Assembly: GCA_963718525.1 (NCBI GenBank)
Contig: OY970355.1
Coordinates: 928,001-992,000 of the forward strand
Length of the DNA: 64,000 bases
Reading direction: 5' to 3'
Origin: Candidatus Dormiibacterota bacterium
GTDB lineage: Bacteria > Chloroflexota > Dormibacteria > Aeolococcales > Aeolococcaceae
This document shows positions 9,721 to 19,943 of this stretch, one piece after another; within the stretch, counting starts at the first letter, position 1; each line of letters starts with the position of its first letter. The position numbers and the translations under genes were made by a program. The notes under the pieces were generated by a model that did no database searches, had not been told where the DNA came from, and saw only the letters and a program-made list of their open reading frames with translations.

Positions 9721-10179
9721 ATGCGGGTGAGCTCCAAAGCTCATTACGGTCTGCGCATGATGACCGAGTTCGCCAAGTCCTATGGCGCCGGGCCCCTGAG
9801 CATCGCCGAGGTGGCCCGCGTCGAGCACCTGCCTCTTGCCTATCTCGAGCAGCTCGCGTCCCAGCTTCGTCGCGGTGGCCTCGTCGAGAGCACTCGGGGC
9901 GTGCATGGCGGCTACTCGCTTGCCCGTCCCGCGGAGCAGATCAGCGTCCTCGACGTGGTCACCGTGATCGAGGGCGAGGTCTCGCCCGTCGAGTGCGTCT
10001 CCCACGGCTACGTGACCGGCACCTGCCAGCGTGAGGGCGAGTGCGCCTCCCGGGGCCTGTGGCTGCGCCTCAAGCAGAGCATCGACGCGGTGCTCAGCCA
10101 GACCACGCTCGCCGAGCTGGTCGCAGATCAGTCGCTGATCAACTCGATGGCACCGGCCTCCGAGGAACCGTGCCGATGA
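9721..10179 (+). CDS. Rrf2-family transcriptional regulator (IscR-like, three Cys); alternative leaderless start at 9631
   Basis: MRVSSKAHYGLR, YLEQL, STRGVHGGYSLAR, ECVS...TCQREGEC. Confidence 0.92.
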   Translation: MRVSSKAHYGLRMMTEFAKSYGAGPLSIAEVARVEHLPLAYLEQLASQLRRGGLVESTRGVHGGYSLARPAEQISVLDVVTVIEGEVSPVECVSHGYVTGTCQREGECASRGLWLRLKQSIDAVLSQTTLAELVADQSLINSMAPASEEPCR

Positions 10180-10934
10180 GCCAGGCAGTCCTTGCGATCT
10201 CCGGACTTCACGCCACCGTGGAGGGCAAGGAGATCCTCAAAGGCGTCGACCTCCAGGTGGCGCAGGGCGAGATCCACGCGCTCATGGGTCCGAACGGCTC
10301 GGGCAAGAGCACGCTCGCCTATACGCTCATGGGTCATCCCAAATACGCCGTGACCGGCGGCACGGTCACGTTCGATGGCCAGGACCTGCTCCCTCTCACG
10401 GCGGATGCCCGTGCGCGCCTCGGGTTGTTTCTCTGCTTCCAGTATCCGACCGCGATTCCGGGTGTCAGCACCGTGAACTTCCTGCGCGCGGCGCTCCGTG
10501 CCCAGCAGAAGGAGATGCCGGCGCGCGAGTTCCTCAACCGGCTGAGCGCCGAGATGCAGGAGCTCAAGATCGACGAGAGCTTCCGTTCGCGCTACATCAA
10601 CGACGGCTTCTCGGGCGGCGAGAAGAAGCGCATGGAGATCCTCCAGCTGGCCATGTTGCGTCCCAAGCTGGCAATACTCGACGAGACCGACTCGGGTCTC
10701 GACGTCGACGCGCTGCGCACGGTCGCCGACGGCGTCATGCGCCTCTGCGGGCCCGACATGGGGGTTCTGGTGATCACCCACTACCCGCGCATCCTCGAAC
10801 ACCTTCACCCGGATCGCGTGCACGTCCTCCATGACGGGCGCGTGGTCACCTCCGGCGGGGCGGACCTGGCGCGAAAGATCGAGCGCGAGGGCTACGAGCC
10901 AATTCTCGGGACGGCCGCAGCCGCCACCGCGTAG
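10176..10934 (+). CDS. sufC: Fe-S cluster assembly ATPase SufC
   Basis: [35 protein letters not shown]. Confidence 0.96.
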   Translation: MSQAVLAISGLHATVEGKEILKGVDLQVAQGEIHALMGPNGSGKSTLAYTLMGHPKYAVTGGTVTFDGQDLLPLTADARARLGLFLCFQYPTAIPGVSTVNFLRAALRAQQKEMPAREFLNRLSAEMQELKIDESFRSRYINDGFSGGEKKRMEILQLAMLRPKLAILDETDSGLDVDALRTVADGVMRLCGPDMGVLVITHYPRILEHLHPDRVHVLHDGRVVTSGGADLARKIEREGYEPILGTAAAATA

Positions 10935-10944
10935 GAGATTCGCG

Positions 10945-12345
10945 ATGGCGATTCAAGCAAAAGAGCTGACCAAGGACTACCAGTTCGGTTTCTCGGACAT
11001 CGACGTGTCGGTCTTCCGCACGGCAAAGGGTCTTTCGCCAGAGGTCGTCGCATCGATCTCGCAGCACAAGAACGAGCCCGAGTGGATGCTCAAGTTCCGC
11101 CTCAAGGCGCTCGACCATTTCCGCAAGCGTCCGATGCCGAACTGGGGCGCCGATCTTTCTGGGCTCGACTTCGAGAATATCTACTACTACGTCAAGCCCG
11201 TCGAAGAGATGAGCCGGTCGTGGGATGACGTCCCCGACTCGATCAAGCAGACCTTCGACCAACTCGGCATTCCCCAGGCGGAGCGCCAGTTCCTCGCCGG
11301 CGTGAGCGCGCAGTACGACTCCGAGGTGGTCTACCACAGCATCCGCGAGGACCTCGAAAAGCAGGGCGTGCTCTTCAGCGACTGCGACACCGGTCTGCGT
11401 GAGCACGAGGAGCTCTTCCGCAAGTACTTCGGCACCGTGATTCCGCCGAATGACAACAAGTTCGCCGCGCTGAACAGCGCCGTGTGGTCGGGTGGATCGT
11501 TCGTCTACGTCCCCAAGGGCGTCAAGGTGGACATCCCACTCCAGGCCTACTTCCGGATCAACAGCGACAACATGGGGCAGTTCGAGCGGACTCTGATCAT
11601 CGCCGACGAGGGATCGTCGGTCCACTACATCGAGGGCTGCACGGCGCCGAACTACTCGAGCGATTCGCTGCACAGCGCCGTGGTCGAGCTGATCGCGCAC
11701 AAGGGCGCGAAGATCCGCTACACCACGATCCAGAACTGGTCGGACAACGTCTACAACCTGGTCACCAAGCGAGCCATCGCCAATGAGAACGCGACGGTCG
11801 AGTGGATCGACGGGAATCTTGGCTCCAAGGTCACCATGAAGTACCCGTCGGTGTACCTGATGGGCGAGGGCGCGCACGCCGAAGTCATGAGCGCCGCGTT
11901 CGCCGGCAGCGGCCAGCACCAGGACGCGGGCAGCAAGGCGATCCACGTGGCACCGAACACCACGAGCAACATCGTGTCGCGGTCGATCAGCAAGGGCAGC
12001 GGGCGCACGTCGTACCGCGGTCACATCAAGGTCCTGCCCAAGGCCCACAACGTCAAGGTGAGCGTCCGCTGCGACGCGTTGCTCCTCGACGAGGAATCGC
12101 GGAGCGACACCTATCCCTACATGGATATCGACAACCCGGACGTCACCATCGGGCATGAGGCCAGCGTCAGCAAGGTCGGCGAGGATCAGATCTTCTACCT
12201 GACGTCGCGCGGCATCAGCGAGCAGGACGCCACGGCGCTGATCGTCAATGGATTCTTCGAGCCCTTCGTGAAGGAGCTGCCGATGGAGTACGCGGTCGAG
12301 CTCAACCGTCTGCTCGCACTCTCCATGGAGGGTGCGATCGGGTGA
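10945..12345 (+). CDS. sufB: Fe-S cluster assembly protein SufB
   Basis: [46 protein letters not shown]; AGGAG RBS. Confidence 0.97.
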   Translation: MAIQAKELTKDYQFGFSDIDVSVFRTAKGLSPEVVASISQHKNEPEWMLKFRLKALDHFRKRPMPNWGADLSGLDFENIYYYVKPVEEMSRSWDDVPDSIKQTFDQLGIPQAERQFLAGVSAQYDSEVVYHSIREDLEKQGVLFSDCDTGLREHEELFRKYFGTVIPPNDNKFAALNSAVWSGGSFVYVPKGVKVDIPLQAYFRINSDNMGQFERTLIIADEGSSVHYIEGCTAPNYSSDSLHSAVVELIAHKGAKIRYTTIQNWSDNVYNLVTKRAIANENATVEWIDGNLGSKVTMKYPSVYLMGEGAHAEVMSAAFAGSGQHQDAGSKAIHVAPNTTSNIVSRSISKGSGRTSYRGHIKVLPKAHNVKVSVRCDALLLDEESRSDTYPYMDIDNPDVTIGHEASVSKVGEDQIFYLTSRGISEQDATALIVNGFFEPFVKELPMEYAVELNRLLALSMEGAIG

Positions 12346-13685
12346 CGACCCCGCTGGCCGATTCGCCCGCAGCGGCGCTCGGGCAAGAGGTCGCGGCAGC
12401 GCGGGCTGAGGCATCGCCGGCGTGGCTCGCGGCGCGGCGCCGCATCGCGTGGGACGCCTATGAGGCGATCCCGATGCCCTCGTCGCAACGCGACGAGGAC
12501 TGGCGGCGCACCGATATCTCGGCGCTGCACCCCGAGCGTTTCACGCCCATCGACCGTGTCGACGGGGCGGTGGTGGACGCCATGCGCGCCCAGCGGGACG
12601 CCGCTGCGCCCGACGCGGCCTTCGTGGTCGACACCCCGGTGGACGCCCCGATTGAAGGAGCTGACACGCTCCACGCCCAGGGAGTCATCGTGACCACGCT
12701 CGAGGAGGCGGCAGTCGTGCACCCCGAGCTCGTGCAAGGAGCGTTCGCCTCGGTTCGCGTCGACGAGTTGAAGTTCGTGGCGCTCTGGAACGCACTGTGG
12801 CGAGGCGGAGTCTTCGTGTACGTGCCCCGCGGCGTCGAAGCCCTCGTGCCCGTATGGATCGCCCACCCGGCGGGCGGCGATGAACGTGCGGTGTTCCCCT
12901 CGGCTGCCGTGGTCCTCGATGAGGGCGCGTCGCTCACCGTCATCGATGCCTACGCCTCGCCGTCGAGTCCCGCCGCGCTCTTCAGTGACGCGATGGTGAT
13001 CCTCTCCGCGGGGCGCGATGCCCGCCTCGACTACAACACCGTGCAGCAGTGGGGCGAAGGCGTGTGGCACGTCGCCATGCAGCGCGCGGTGCTCGACGCC
13101 AACGCCAGGCTTCGATTCATGGGAGTGACCCTCGGCGCACGTCTCCAGAAGGCGTGGTGGGAGGTACTGCTCGAAGGTATTGGCAGCGAGGCCGACGTGC
13201 TGGGTATCTGCTTTGGTGATGGCACGCAGCACTTCGACCACCAGTCGCTCCAGGCGCACGTCGGTCCCGAGACCCGCAGCAACCTGTTGCTCAAGGTGGC
13301 CGTCCGCGACCGTGCGCGCTCGGTGTACGGCGGCATGATCGACGTCGCCCCCACCGCGATTCATGCCGACGGCTACGTGGCCAACCGCAACCTGCTGCTC
13401 AGCCAGGGCGCCAAAGCCAACTCGATCCCGCGCCTGGAGATCCGCGCCAACGACGTCAAGTGCGGGCACGGCGCCACCGCCGGTCACATCGACTCCGAGC
13501 AGCGCTTCTACCTGATGGCCCGCGGGATCCCGCCTGAGGAGGCGAGCTCGCTGATCGTGCGCGGGTTCATGGACGACGTCCTCGATCGCGTGCCCCATCG
13601 CGGGTTCGCCGAGCTCGCCGGAGCGTTGCTCGACGCCGAGATCGCCGGCGGGTCAGTGGCCGGGGTCACGGCGGAATCCGAATGA
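12342..13685 (+). CDS. sufD: Fe-S cluster assembly protein SufD
   Basis: [38 protein letters not shown]. Confidence 0.93.
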   Translation: MTTPLADSPAAALGQEVAAARAEASPAWLAARRRIAWDAYEAIPMPSSQRDEDWRRTDISALHPERFTPIDRVDGAVVDAMRAQRDAAAPDAAFVVDTPVDAPIEGADTLHAQGVIVTTLEEAAVVHPELVQGAFASVRVDELKFVALWNALWRGGVFVYVPRGVEALVPVWIAHPAGGDERAVFPSAAVVLDEGASLTVIDAYASPSSPAALFSDAMVILSAGRDARLDYNTVQQWGEGVWHVAMQRAVLDANARLRFMGVTLGARLQKAWWEVLLEGIGSEADVLGICFGDGTQHFDHQSLQAHVGPETRSNLLLKVAVRDRARSVYGGMIDVAPTAIHADGYVANRNLLLSQGAKANSIPRLEIRANDVKCGHGATAGHIDSEQRFYLMARGIPPEEASSLIVRGFMDDVLDRVPHRGFAELAGALLDAEIAGGSVAGVTAESE

Positions 13686-14023
13686 GCGACGGCTGGGTCG
13701 ACGTCGCGCGAGCCGGCGATATCCCTCCGGGATGCGCCGCCCGCGTCGAGATCGACGAAACCCCGGTGGCGATCTTCAACGTCGACGGGACGTTCTATGC
13801 GCTCGATGACACGTGCAGCCACGCCGAGGCATCGCTGAGCGAGGGCGACCTCGACGTCGATCGCTGCGCCATCGAATGCCCGCTGCACGGATCGAGCTTT
13901 GATCTGCGCACCGGCGACCCGCTGTCGCTGCCGGCCGTCGAACCGGTTCGCGCGCACCGCGTCGAGATCACCGAAGACGGGGTGCTTCAAGTCGCGCTCG
14001 TCGACGAGGTTCCGGCACAGTGA
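13682..14023 (+). CDS. Rieske [2Fe-2S] ferredoxin
   Basis: CSH and CPLHGSSFD Rieske motifs. Confidence 0.93.
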   Translation: MSDGWVDVARAGDIPPGCAARVEIDETPVAIFNVDGTFYALDDTCSHAEASLSEGDLDVDRCAIECPLHGSSFDLRTGDPLSLPAVEPVRAHRVEITEDGVLQVALVDEVPAQ

Positions 14024-15270
14024 CCGCGCCCGTGGTCACCGATCAGGGCCTCGACGTCGCCCGGATACGCGCCGATTTTCCGATCCTGAGCCGCGACATC
14101 GGGACGCATCCACTCGTCTACCTCGACTCGGCCGCCACATCGCAGAAGCCGCAAATGGTGGTGGACGCCGTGGACGCGTACTACGCGAGCAGCAACGCGA
14201 ATGTGCATCGCGGAGTGCACACGCTCGGCAACGAGGCGACTGACTCGTTCGAACGTGCGCGAGCCCGGGTGGCGGCGTTTCTCGATGCACCTCCCGACGG
14301 CCTGGTCTTCGTTCGCAACACGACCGAGGCGATCAACCTGGTCGCCTACTCGTATGCAACGCAGCTGCTCGAGCCCGGTGACCGGATCGTGGTCACGGTC
14401 ATGGAGCACCACAGCAACCTCGTCCCGTGGCAGCTCGCCGCCGAACGCCGAGGCCTCAGCCTGGCAGCGATCGATATCGATGACGACGGCCGTCTCGACC
14501 TGAGCAATCTCGACGAATTGCTTGCGCCGCCGACCCGGCTCGTCGCGATCGGACACCAGTCGAACGTGCTCGGCACGGTCAACGATATCCGCACCATCAC
14601 CGAGCGAGCACACGCCGCCGGCGCGCTCGTCTGCGTCGACGCGGCGCAATCCGTGCCCCACATGAGCGTGTCCGCGCGCGACCTCGACTGCGACTTCATC
14701 GTATTCAGCGGCCACAAGATGTGTGGGCCGATGGGGATCGGGGTGCTGTGGGCGCGCCCGGAGCTGCTCGAACGCATGCCTCCCTTCCTTGGTGGTGGGA
14801 GCATGATCAGCCGGGTGACCCTTGAACGCAGCACGTGGAACACAGTGCCTCACAAGTTCGAGGCGGGCACACCCGATGTCGCCGGCGCGGTCGGCCTCGC
14901 CGCAGCGTGCGACTACCTCGATGCCGTCGGCCGCGATCGCATTCACGCGCATGAGATGTCGTTGACCACGCACCTCCTCGATGTTCTGGACGAGGTTGGC
15001 GATATCACAATCTTCGGACCGCGTGATCTCGAGGCCCGCGGTGGCGTCGTGAGCTTCAACCTTGCGGACGTGCATGCGCACGACGTGGGCACCATCCTGG
15101 ATCGGCGAGGTATCGCGGTCCGTGCCGGGCACCACTGCGCGCAGCCCCTCATGGCGCGCTATGACGTGCCGTCGATGGCGCGCGCGTCGGTGTATCTCTA
15201 CACCACACACGATGAGATCGACGCGCTCGGTGAAGGGCTGACCGAGGTGCGCCGGGTCTTTCGCGTCTAG
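14020..15270 (+). CDS. sufS: Cysteine desulfurase SufS
   Basis: YLDSAATSQKP, NVHRG, EHHSNLVPW, SGHKM, RAGHHCAQP. Confidence 0.96.
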   Translation: MTAPVVTDQGLDVARIRADFPILSRDIGTHPLVYLDSAATSQKPQMVVDAVDAYYASSNANVHRGVHTLGNEATDSFERARARVAAFLDAPPDGLVFVRNTTEAINLVAYSYATQLLEPGDRIVVTVMEHHSNLVPWQLAAERRGLSLAAIDIDDDGRLDLSNLDELLAPPTRLVAIGHQSNVLGTVNDIRTITERAHAAGALVCVDAAQSVPHMSVSARDLDCDFIVFSGHKMCGPMGIGVLWARPELLERMPPFLGGGSMISRVTLERSTWNTVPHKFEAGTPDVAGAVGLAAACDYLDAVGRDRIHAHEMSLTTHLLDVLDEVGDITIFGPRDLEARGGVVSFNLADVHAHDVGTILDRRGIAVRAGHHCAQPLMARYDVPSMARASVYLYTTHDEIDALGEGLTEVRRVFRV

Positions 15271-15804
15271 CTAGCTCGCGCCGTCGAGAAATGCCGCGAT
15301 GCGCGCGGCGGCATCCTTCCGAACCGCGAGCAAGCCATGCCCCAGGCCCGGATAGATGATCAGCTCCGCATTGCGAACCATGCTCACCTCGCGCCGGAGG
15401 AGGTCCACCTTCGCGAACGGGTCGCGATCCCCGGAGAGGAGGAGCACTGGGCAATCGATGCGCGGCCAGTGCGCCGTGCGGAGATCGTCCGGATGCCCCG
15501 GACGGTGCAACGGGTAACTCAGCAGGACGAGCGCGCGCACCGGCTGGTCAGCCGCGAGCAGGCTCGCCATCCGGCCTCCGTACGAATGCCCACCCACAGC
15601 CGCGCCCGGCTGTTCGACCAGCGCGCGCCGGAAGACGTCGACCGCGCGGTCGTTGTTCGATTTCGGCAGGTCGAGCGCCACCGCCAGGACGCCATGAGAC
15701 GCGAGCGCGTCGACCCAGGGCCGCATCGATGCCGCGGTTCCCGAGGCGCCGTGTCCGAGCAGGAGGCGCGGAATTAGCGCGCGGGGCGGCTGGCGCTCAC
15801 TCAC
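15271..15804 (-). CDS. Alpha/beta hydrolase
   Basis: GHGA, GGHSYGG nucleophile elbow, SYPLH, GDRDPF, GLGH. Confidence 0.85.
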   Translation of the reverse strand: MSERQPPRALIPRLLLGHGASGTAASMRPWVDALASHGVLAVALDLPKSNNDRAVDVFRRALVEQPGAAVGGHSYGGRMASLLAADQPVRALVLLSYPLHRPGHPDDLRTAHWPRIDCPVLLLSGDRDPFAKVDLLRREVSMVRNAELIIYPGLGHGLLAVRKDAAARIAAFLDGAS

Positions 15805-17026
15805 GTTCGAGGATCTGGAACGCGACCGGCTGGGGCGTGTGGGTGACGACCGCCGGCCGACCCGGGAGCCACGCGGCACAGACAAGCGCTCCGAGCAGAA
15901 GGATGCCGCCGCCACACCAGAAGGGAAGCCCCGCGTTCAGACCGTAGAGCGAGCCGAGCACCGCCGCCCCGAAGGCCATGCCGCTGAACTGGTACAGGCC
16001 GCCGAGGCCCATGGCACGTCCCCGAACTGATTCCGGAGTGCTGTCGCCGATGACCGCAAAAAGGCTGGGCTCGAGGATCACCGTCGCCACCGCCTCGATC
16101 GTGCCGACCGTCAGGATCACCGCAAGGGCCTGGAGGAACGGATAGGTCGAAGCGCACACCGCCACCACGATCAACCCGGCAGTGACCAGCTTGCGCCGGT
16201 CGGATCGGTCTGCCAGGCGGCCGCCGGCTCGCGCCAGCACCAGAATTGGCAGGGCGAACACGCTGACCGAGAGCCCGATGATCAGCGGGTCGTAGCCTCG
16301 AGCGGCGAGATACTGCGGCCATACGACGTCGTACATCGACCAGATGGTGCCGACGGCGAAGAGCGCGGCGATGGGAACCACGATCCCGCGCAGTCGCCAC
16401 CAGCGGAAGGGTTCCTTCTTGACGACCGAGCTTGTGGGCGCCGTACGCGTCTCGGGCACCCGGAACATCGCTCCGAGGCCGATGAACATCGACAGCCCGG
16501 TGATCCCGAACACCGCCGAGTCACGCCACAGCGCGGCGGCGCCGCCGACAAGCGGGCCGACAAGGAGCCCGACCATCTCGTATGCCTGCAACTGCGAGAA
16601 GCGCTGCGCTCGCTGGTCCGGCGCGCTGAGATCGGTGAGCGCCGCGCGCAGTGCCGGTACGTACGCGCCGGCGCACGCGCCCATGACGATGCGGATGGCG
16701 GTGAGCACCGGGAGCGACCCGATGTTGAAAAACAGAAACAGCGACAGGAAGGCATACACGAGACGAGGTCCGATGAGAAACGGCTTGCGGCCCCAGCGAT
16801 CACAGAGCCGACCCGCGGGTACCTGGACGAGCGTGTTGGCGACCAGGGGACCGGCGATGAAGATGGCCACGGCGACGGAATTGCCGCCGCGATGCGCCAC
16901 GTACAGGGGCGCGATTGGAAAGACGGCGGCGACGCCGGTGAACATGATCAGTTGCCCGATCAGCAGCCAGAAAGCGGGGTCAGCCCTTGGTTTTCCGGTG
17001 CGCGCGCGGACATCGATGCGAGCCAT
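15797..17026 (-). CDS. MFS transporter
   Basis: About 12 TM segments; GRLCDRWGRK and GRLADR motif A repeats. Confidence 0.92.
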   Translation of the reverse strand: MARIDVRARTGKPRADPAFWLLIGQLIMFTGVAAVFPIAPLYVAHRGGNSVAVAIFIAGPLVANTLVQVPAGRLCDRWGRKPFLIGPRLVYAFLSLFLFFNIGSLPVLTAIRIVMGACAGAYVPALRAALTDLSAPDQRAQRFSQLQAYEMVGLLVGPLVGGAAALWRDSAVFGITGLSMFIGLGAMFRVPETRTAPTSSVVKKEPFRWWRLRGIVVPIAALFAVGTIWSMYDVVWPQYLAARGYDPLIIGLSVSVFALPILVLARAGGRLADRSDRRKLVTAGLIVVAVCASTYPFLQALAVILTVGTIEAVATVILEPSLFAVIGDSTPESVRGRAMGLGGLYQFSGMAFGAAVLGSLYGLNAGLPFWCGGGILLLGALVCAAWLPGRPAVVTHTPQPVAFQILERE

Positions 17027-17075
17027 GTCTCCATTCTCAGGTTTTGGGCGCGAACGGTTGGACTACGATGGTGAT

Positions 17076-17549
17076 ATGGCAGTTGGCTCTGCGCCCGTCG
17101 ACGACGATCTCTATCGCGAGATCATCCTCGACCATTATCGAAATCCCCGTCACCATCAGGCTGTTGACCCCGCGGATCGTGTCATCGAGGCGAACAACCC
17201 GCTCTGCGGCGACGAGATCGACCTCAGCTACCGGCTCGACAACGGCACCGTTGCAGCAATCGGGTTCATGGGGCGAGGCTGCTCGATCAGTCAGGCTTCG
17301 GCGAGCATGCTCTGCGAGGCCGTTACCGGCATGACCGTCGCCGACGCTGCGTCGCTCGCCGAGCGATTCCGGACGATGCTGACCGGAGATGGAACCCTGC
17401 CTCCGGGTAGCGACGACATCGGCGATCTCGAGGCACTTCGCGGCGTGCGGGCGTACCCGGTACGGGTCAAGTGCGCGACGCTCGTCTGGAACGCGCTCCT
17501 CGAGGGGCTCACCGCAACCGCCACATCGCCAGCGAGGACCGAGCAATGA
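17076..17549 (+). CDS. sufU: SufU/NifU-type Fe-S scaffold/sulfur acceptor
   Basis: LYREIILDHY, NPLCGDE, GCSISQASAS, RVKCATL. Confidence 0.94.
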   Translation: MAVGSAPVDDDLYREIILDHYRNPRHHQAVDPADRVIEANNPLCGDEIDLSYRLDNGTVAAIGFMGRGCSISQASASMLCEAVTGMTVADAASLAERFRTMLTGDGTLPPGSDDIGDLEALRGVRAYPVRVKCATLVWNALLEGLTATATSPARTEQ

Positions 17550-17905
17550 GCACTGCAGAACCGATGTCGCACACCGAGCCGGCCGAGCTCAAGGAGGCCA
17601 AGGCGTCGGATGCGCTGATCCGCGCAGCGCTCAGTGAGGTGTACGACCCCGAGATCGGCATCGACATCGTGTCGCTCGGCCTCATCTATGGCACCAACAT
17701 CGACGATGACGGCCTGCTGACCATCGAGATGACCCTGACCACACCCTACTGCCCGATGGGCCCGATCATCGAGACGCAGGCGCATGCCGTCTGCGCTCCG
17801 CTTCCCGGCGTGCGGGATGTGCACATCAACCTGGTGTGGACGCCGCCCTGGGACCCGCGCACCATGGCCTCGGACGAGGCCCAGCTCGAGCTCGGCATCT
17901 ACTGA
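17546..17905 (+). CDS. sufT: Metal-sulfur cluster assembly factor (DUF59/SufT)
   Basis: VYDPEIGIDIVSLGLIY, MTLTTPYCP, VWTPPW. Confidence 0.9.
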   Translation: MSTAEPMSHTEPAELKEAKASDALIRAALSEVYDPEIGIDIVSLGLIYGTNIDDDGLLTIEMTLTTPYCPMGPIIETQAHAVCAPLPGVRDVHINLVWTPPWDPRTMASDEAQLELGIY

Positions 17906-17944
17906 TCTCGACGCCGGACCGTCCGGTCTGGCATCGTCTGCTGC

Positions 17945-18313
17945 ATGGAGCGCGTCTTCACGCACGCGGAGGCGACGGGGTTGCTCCCGCGGCTCACCGA
18001 GCTGCTCACGGAGCTGCGCCGCGCCCATCGCGCTGCGCTGAACGACGCGGTCGAGCCCGAGCATGGCCCGGTGTCCTCCAACGGCTCGGCGGCGGCAGCG
18101 ATGACGGCGTCTGGCCCGTTCCACGAAGCCCAGCAGCTGGCAGGGGAGATCGATCAGCTCGGCGTGATCCTTCGTGATCCCGACACCGGGCTCGTGGACT
18201 TCGCGTCGGTCCGCGACGGCAGTCCCGTTTACCTGTGCTGGCGGTTGGGAGAAGACCGGATCGGCTTCTGGCACCCTCGCGACACCGGGTTCATGGGCCG
18301 GCTGCCGCTCTGA
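17945..18313 (+). CDS. DUF2203-family protein
   Basis: FTHAEA...GVILRDPDTGLVDF...YLCWRLGE...FWH...GFMGR pattern. Confidence 0.85.
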   Translation: MERVFTHAEATGLLPRLTELLTELRRAHRAALNDAVEPEHGPVSSNGSAAAAMTASGPFHEAQQLAGEIDQLGVILRDPDTGLVDFASVRDGSPVYLCWRLGEDRIGFWHPRDTGFMGRLPL

Positions 18314-18321
18314 TCGCCGGC

Positions 18322-18981
18322 TCAGGGCCTGGTGAATTCCGCGATCCTGGAGATGTCCTCGGGAGTCATGCGAACGAAGAGCACCAGATCGTCGCTGCGA
18401 TCGAGGAAGCGCACCTGGATCACCAGGTCGTGCTTGAACAACCCCTTGGGGCGCACCACGATTCCCACCAGCTCGCCCTCATCGAGGAGCACGTCCTGAA
18501 CTGTCCCGAGGACCTGCCCGGTGTGCCCGATCATCACTCGTTCGCCGCGGCTGATCTCGATATCTCCTGCAGCTTTATTCCTGACCGCGTCGATGAGTGG
18601 GAACGCGCCCGGGACGGCGCCGACCAGCGCGGCCGCATACCGCCACTGATCTCCTCGCTGCAAGGGTGCGTACTGATAGCTCAGGTATGGCGGCAGAGCG
18701 CGCGTCGCGCGCTTGTCCAGATTGAGGCGAACGTCGTCCGAGCTGACCTCGGCCACGGCATCCAGGGGCACGATCACCTCGGCGACGAGCAGGCCCGAAC
18801 CTGGTGCGAGCGTGCGGCCGGAGAACCACTCGGTCTCCTGCACGATCAGCGCATGCGGATCCAGCGAGTCGCCGTCGACGACGATCCGCTGCAGGGCCCC
18901 GGCGTGATGACCGTCGGACGTATGTACCTGCGCGCCGAGGTGGAAGTCCTCGAGGCTGTGCCCCCTCCGGTCGCCGGTCAC
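18322..18981 (-). CDS. Tandem PRC-barrel domain protein
   Basis: GAQVHTSDGHHAGAL and GERVM...GQVLGTVQDVLLD PRC-like repeats; GTG start inferred. Confidence 0.75.
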   Translation of the reverse strand: MTGDRRGHSLEDFHLGAQVHTSDGHHAGALQRIVVDGDSLDPHALIVQETEWFSGRTLAPGSGLLVAEVIVPLDAVAEVSSDDVRLNLDKRATRALPPYLSYQYAPLQRGDQWRYAAALVGAVPGAFPLIDAVRNKAAGDIEISRGERVMIGHTGQVLGTVQDVLLDEGELVGIVVRPKGLFKHDLVIQVRFLDRSDDLVLFVRMTPEDISRIAEFTRP

Positions 18982-19001
18982 GCCAAACGCCTGAAGCCGG
19001 G

Positions 19002-19253
19002 TACAATTTCGAGGCGTCTCTCGGCCCGGACCCGCCCCGCCTTCAACACGACGCATGCGGACGCGGTGCCGTGGCACTCAGGCAAAAGGAGGAACCTAGC
19101 CCATGACAGATTCTTCGAGTACCGCCTCCTTCCCGACCAGCGCAGTGGTGGAGAGCTGACCGCAGGTAGCCAGGTCACCACTCGGAGAGAGGCGCAAACC
19201 GTCGCACTCGGCGGTCTCTCCACGCATTTGCGCTAACCGCGGCCGCGCCGCGG
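19002..19253 (+). other. Putative structured transcript or small-ORF locus (promoter, sequestered RBS, short ORF, pseudoknot, hairpin)
   Basis: TACAAT 19002-19007; AAGGAGG 19086-19092; ATG 19103; several complementary segments (see finding). Confidence 0.45.
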
Positions 19254-19275
19254 CTCGAGCCACTCACCGGCTTTG

Positions 19276-19917
19276 TTAGGTGAACCGCGCCGTCTCGATC
19301 TGCGCCGCGCGGGTCGAGACGGCCGGCGCCGGAACGATCTGGTCGCTCTCGACCCAGCCCTCGTCCGCGCCGACGCGGACTTTCACGAACTGTCCGCTGC
19401 GCTCTGGGAGAGCCTCGACCTCGGTGGCTGTGAGAATCTCGCGCCCACGAGTTGCGTCGTGCCGCGGCTCAAGGAAGAGGCGATACGGCATTCCGGCCCA
19501 GGACGCGACAAGCGTCACTGGCCCTGGCGGGATGCGCCGTTCGCGGTAGAGCGTCCTCGAATCTGCCGCGCCTGCGGTCAGCAGCCGGATCACCTGCAGG
19601 GCTCGGGTGCTCGGACCGCGATCGGCCTTACCCATCGCCTTGGAGATCAGGCCGCCGCCCGAGCTGGCTTCGACCTCGACCCAGGTTCCCTCAGTGGTCG
19701 TCACGGCACGACAGCGAACCCAGCGGATGCGGACCTTTGGGCGACCCCACTGCCCGAACAGGCCGCGGCGGCGGTGCTCGATGATCCGCGCCTCGCTCTC
19801 ACCGACGACCTCGTAGCGATATGGAGCGGAGCCGATCATCTGCTCCATGACCGCGAACACCTCGCGTGGGGGAGCAGCAGACAGGAGTCGCCACGTCTGC
19901 GCGGAAGGGGCCAGCAT
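19276..19917 (-). CDS. Hypothetical protein with C-terminal SH3-like domain
   Basis: C-terminal FVKVRVGADEGWVESDQI resembles bacterial SH3; TACAAT upstream of ATG. Confidence 0.65.
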   Translation of the reverse strand: MLAPSAQTWRLLSAAPPREVFAVMEQMIGSAPYRYEVVGESEARIIEHRRRGLFGQWGRPKVRIRWVRCRAVTTTEGTWVEVEASSGGGLISKAMGKADRGPSTRALQVIRLLTAGAADSRTLYRERRIPPGPVTLVASWAGMPYRLFLEPRHDATRGREILTATEVEALPERSGQFVKVRVGADEGWVESDQIVPAPAVSTRAAQIETARFT

Positions 19918-19943
19918 CGCCCCCGGATTGTAGCGGGGGGCGC

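Noticed and set aside
10846-12414. Long antisense ORFs (also 52218-54611, 58223-60478, 60513-62603 and many others)
   Set aside because: Shadow ORFs of real genes caused by high-GC codon bias
19076-19092. CTCAGGCAAAAGGA resembling the 3' end of a glycine riboswitch
   Set aside because: Upstream GGAGA/CCGAAG core is missing on this strand and no relevant gene follows
19157-19159. Selenocysteine read-through of the short-ORF TGA
   Set aside because: Read-through product has no redox motif or protein-like features, and the hairpin overlaps the codon
19184-19233. HDV-like ribozyme or tmRNA assignment for the pseudoknot
   Set aside because: Topology is similar but the P1.1 GG/CC pairing is absent; no tRNA-like ends or ALAA-type tag; left unassigned
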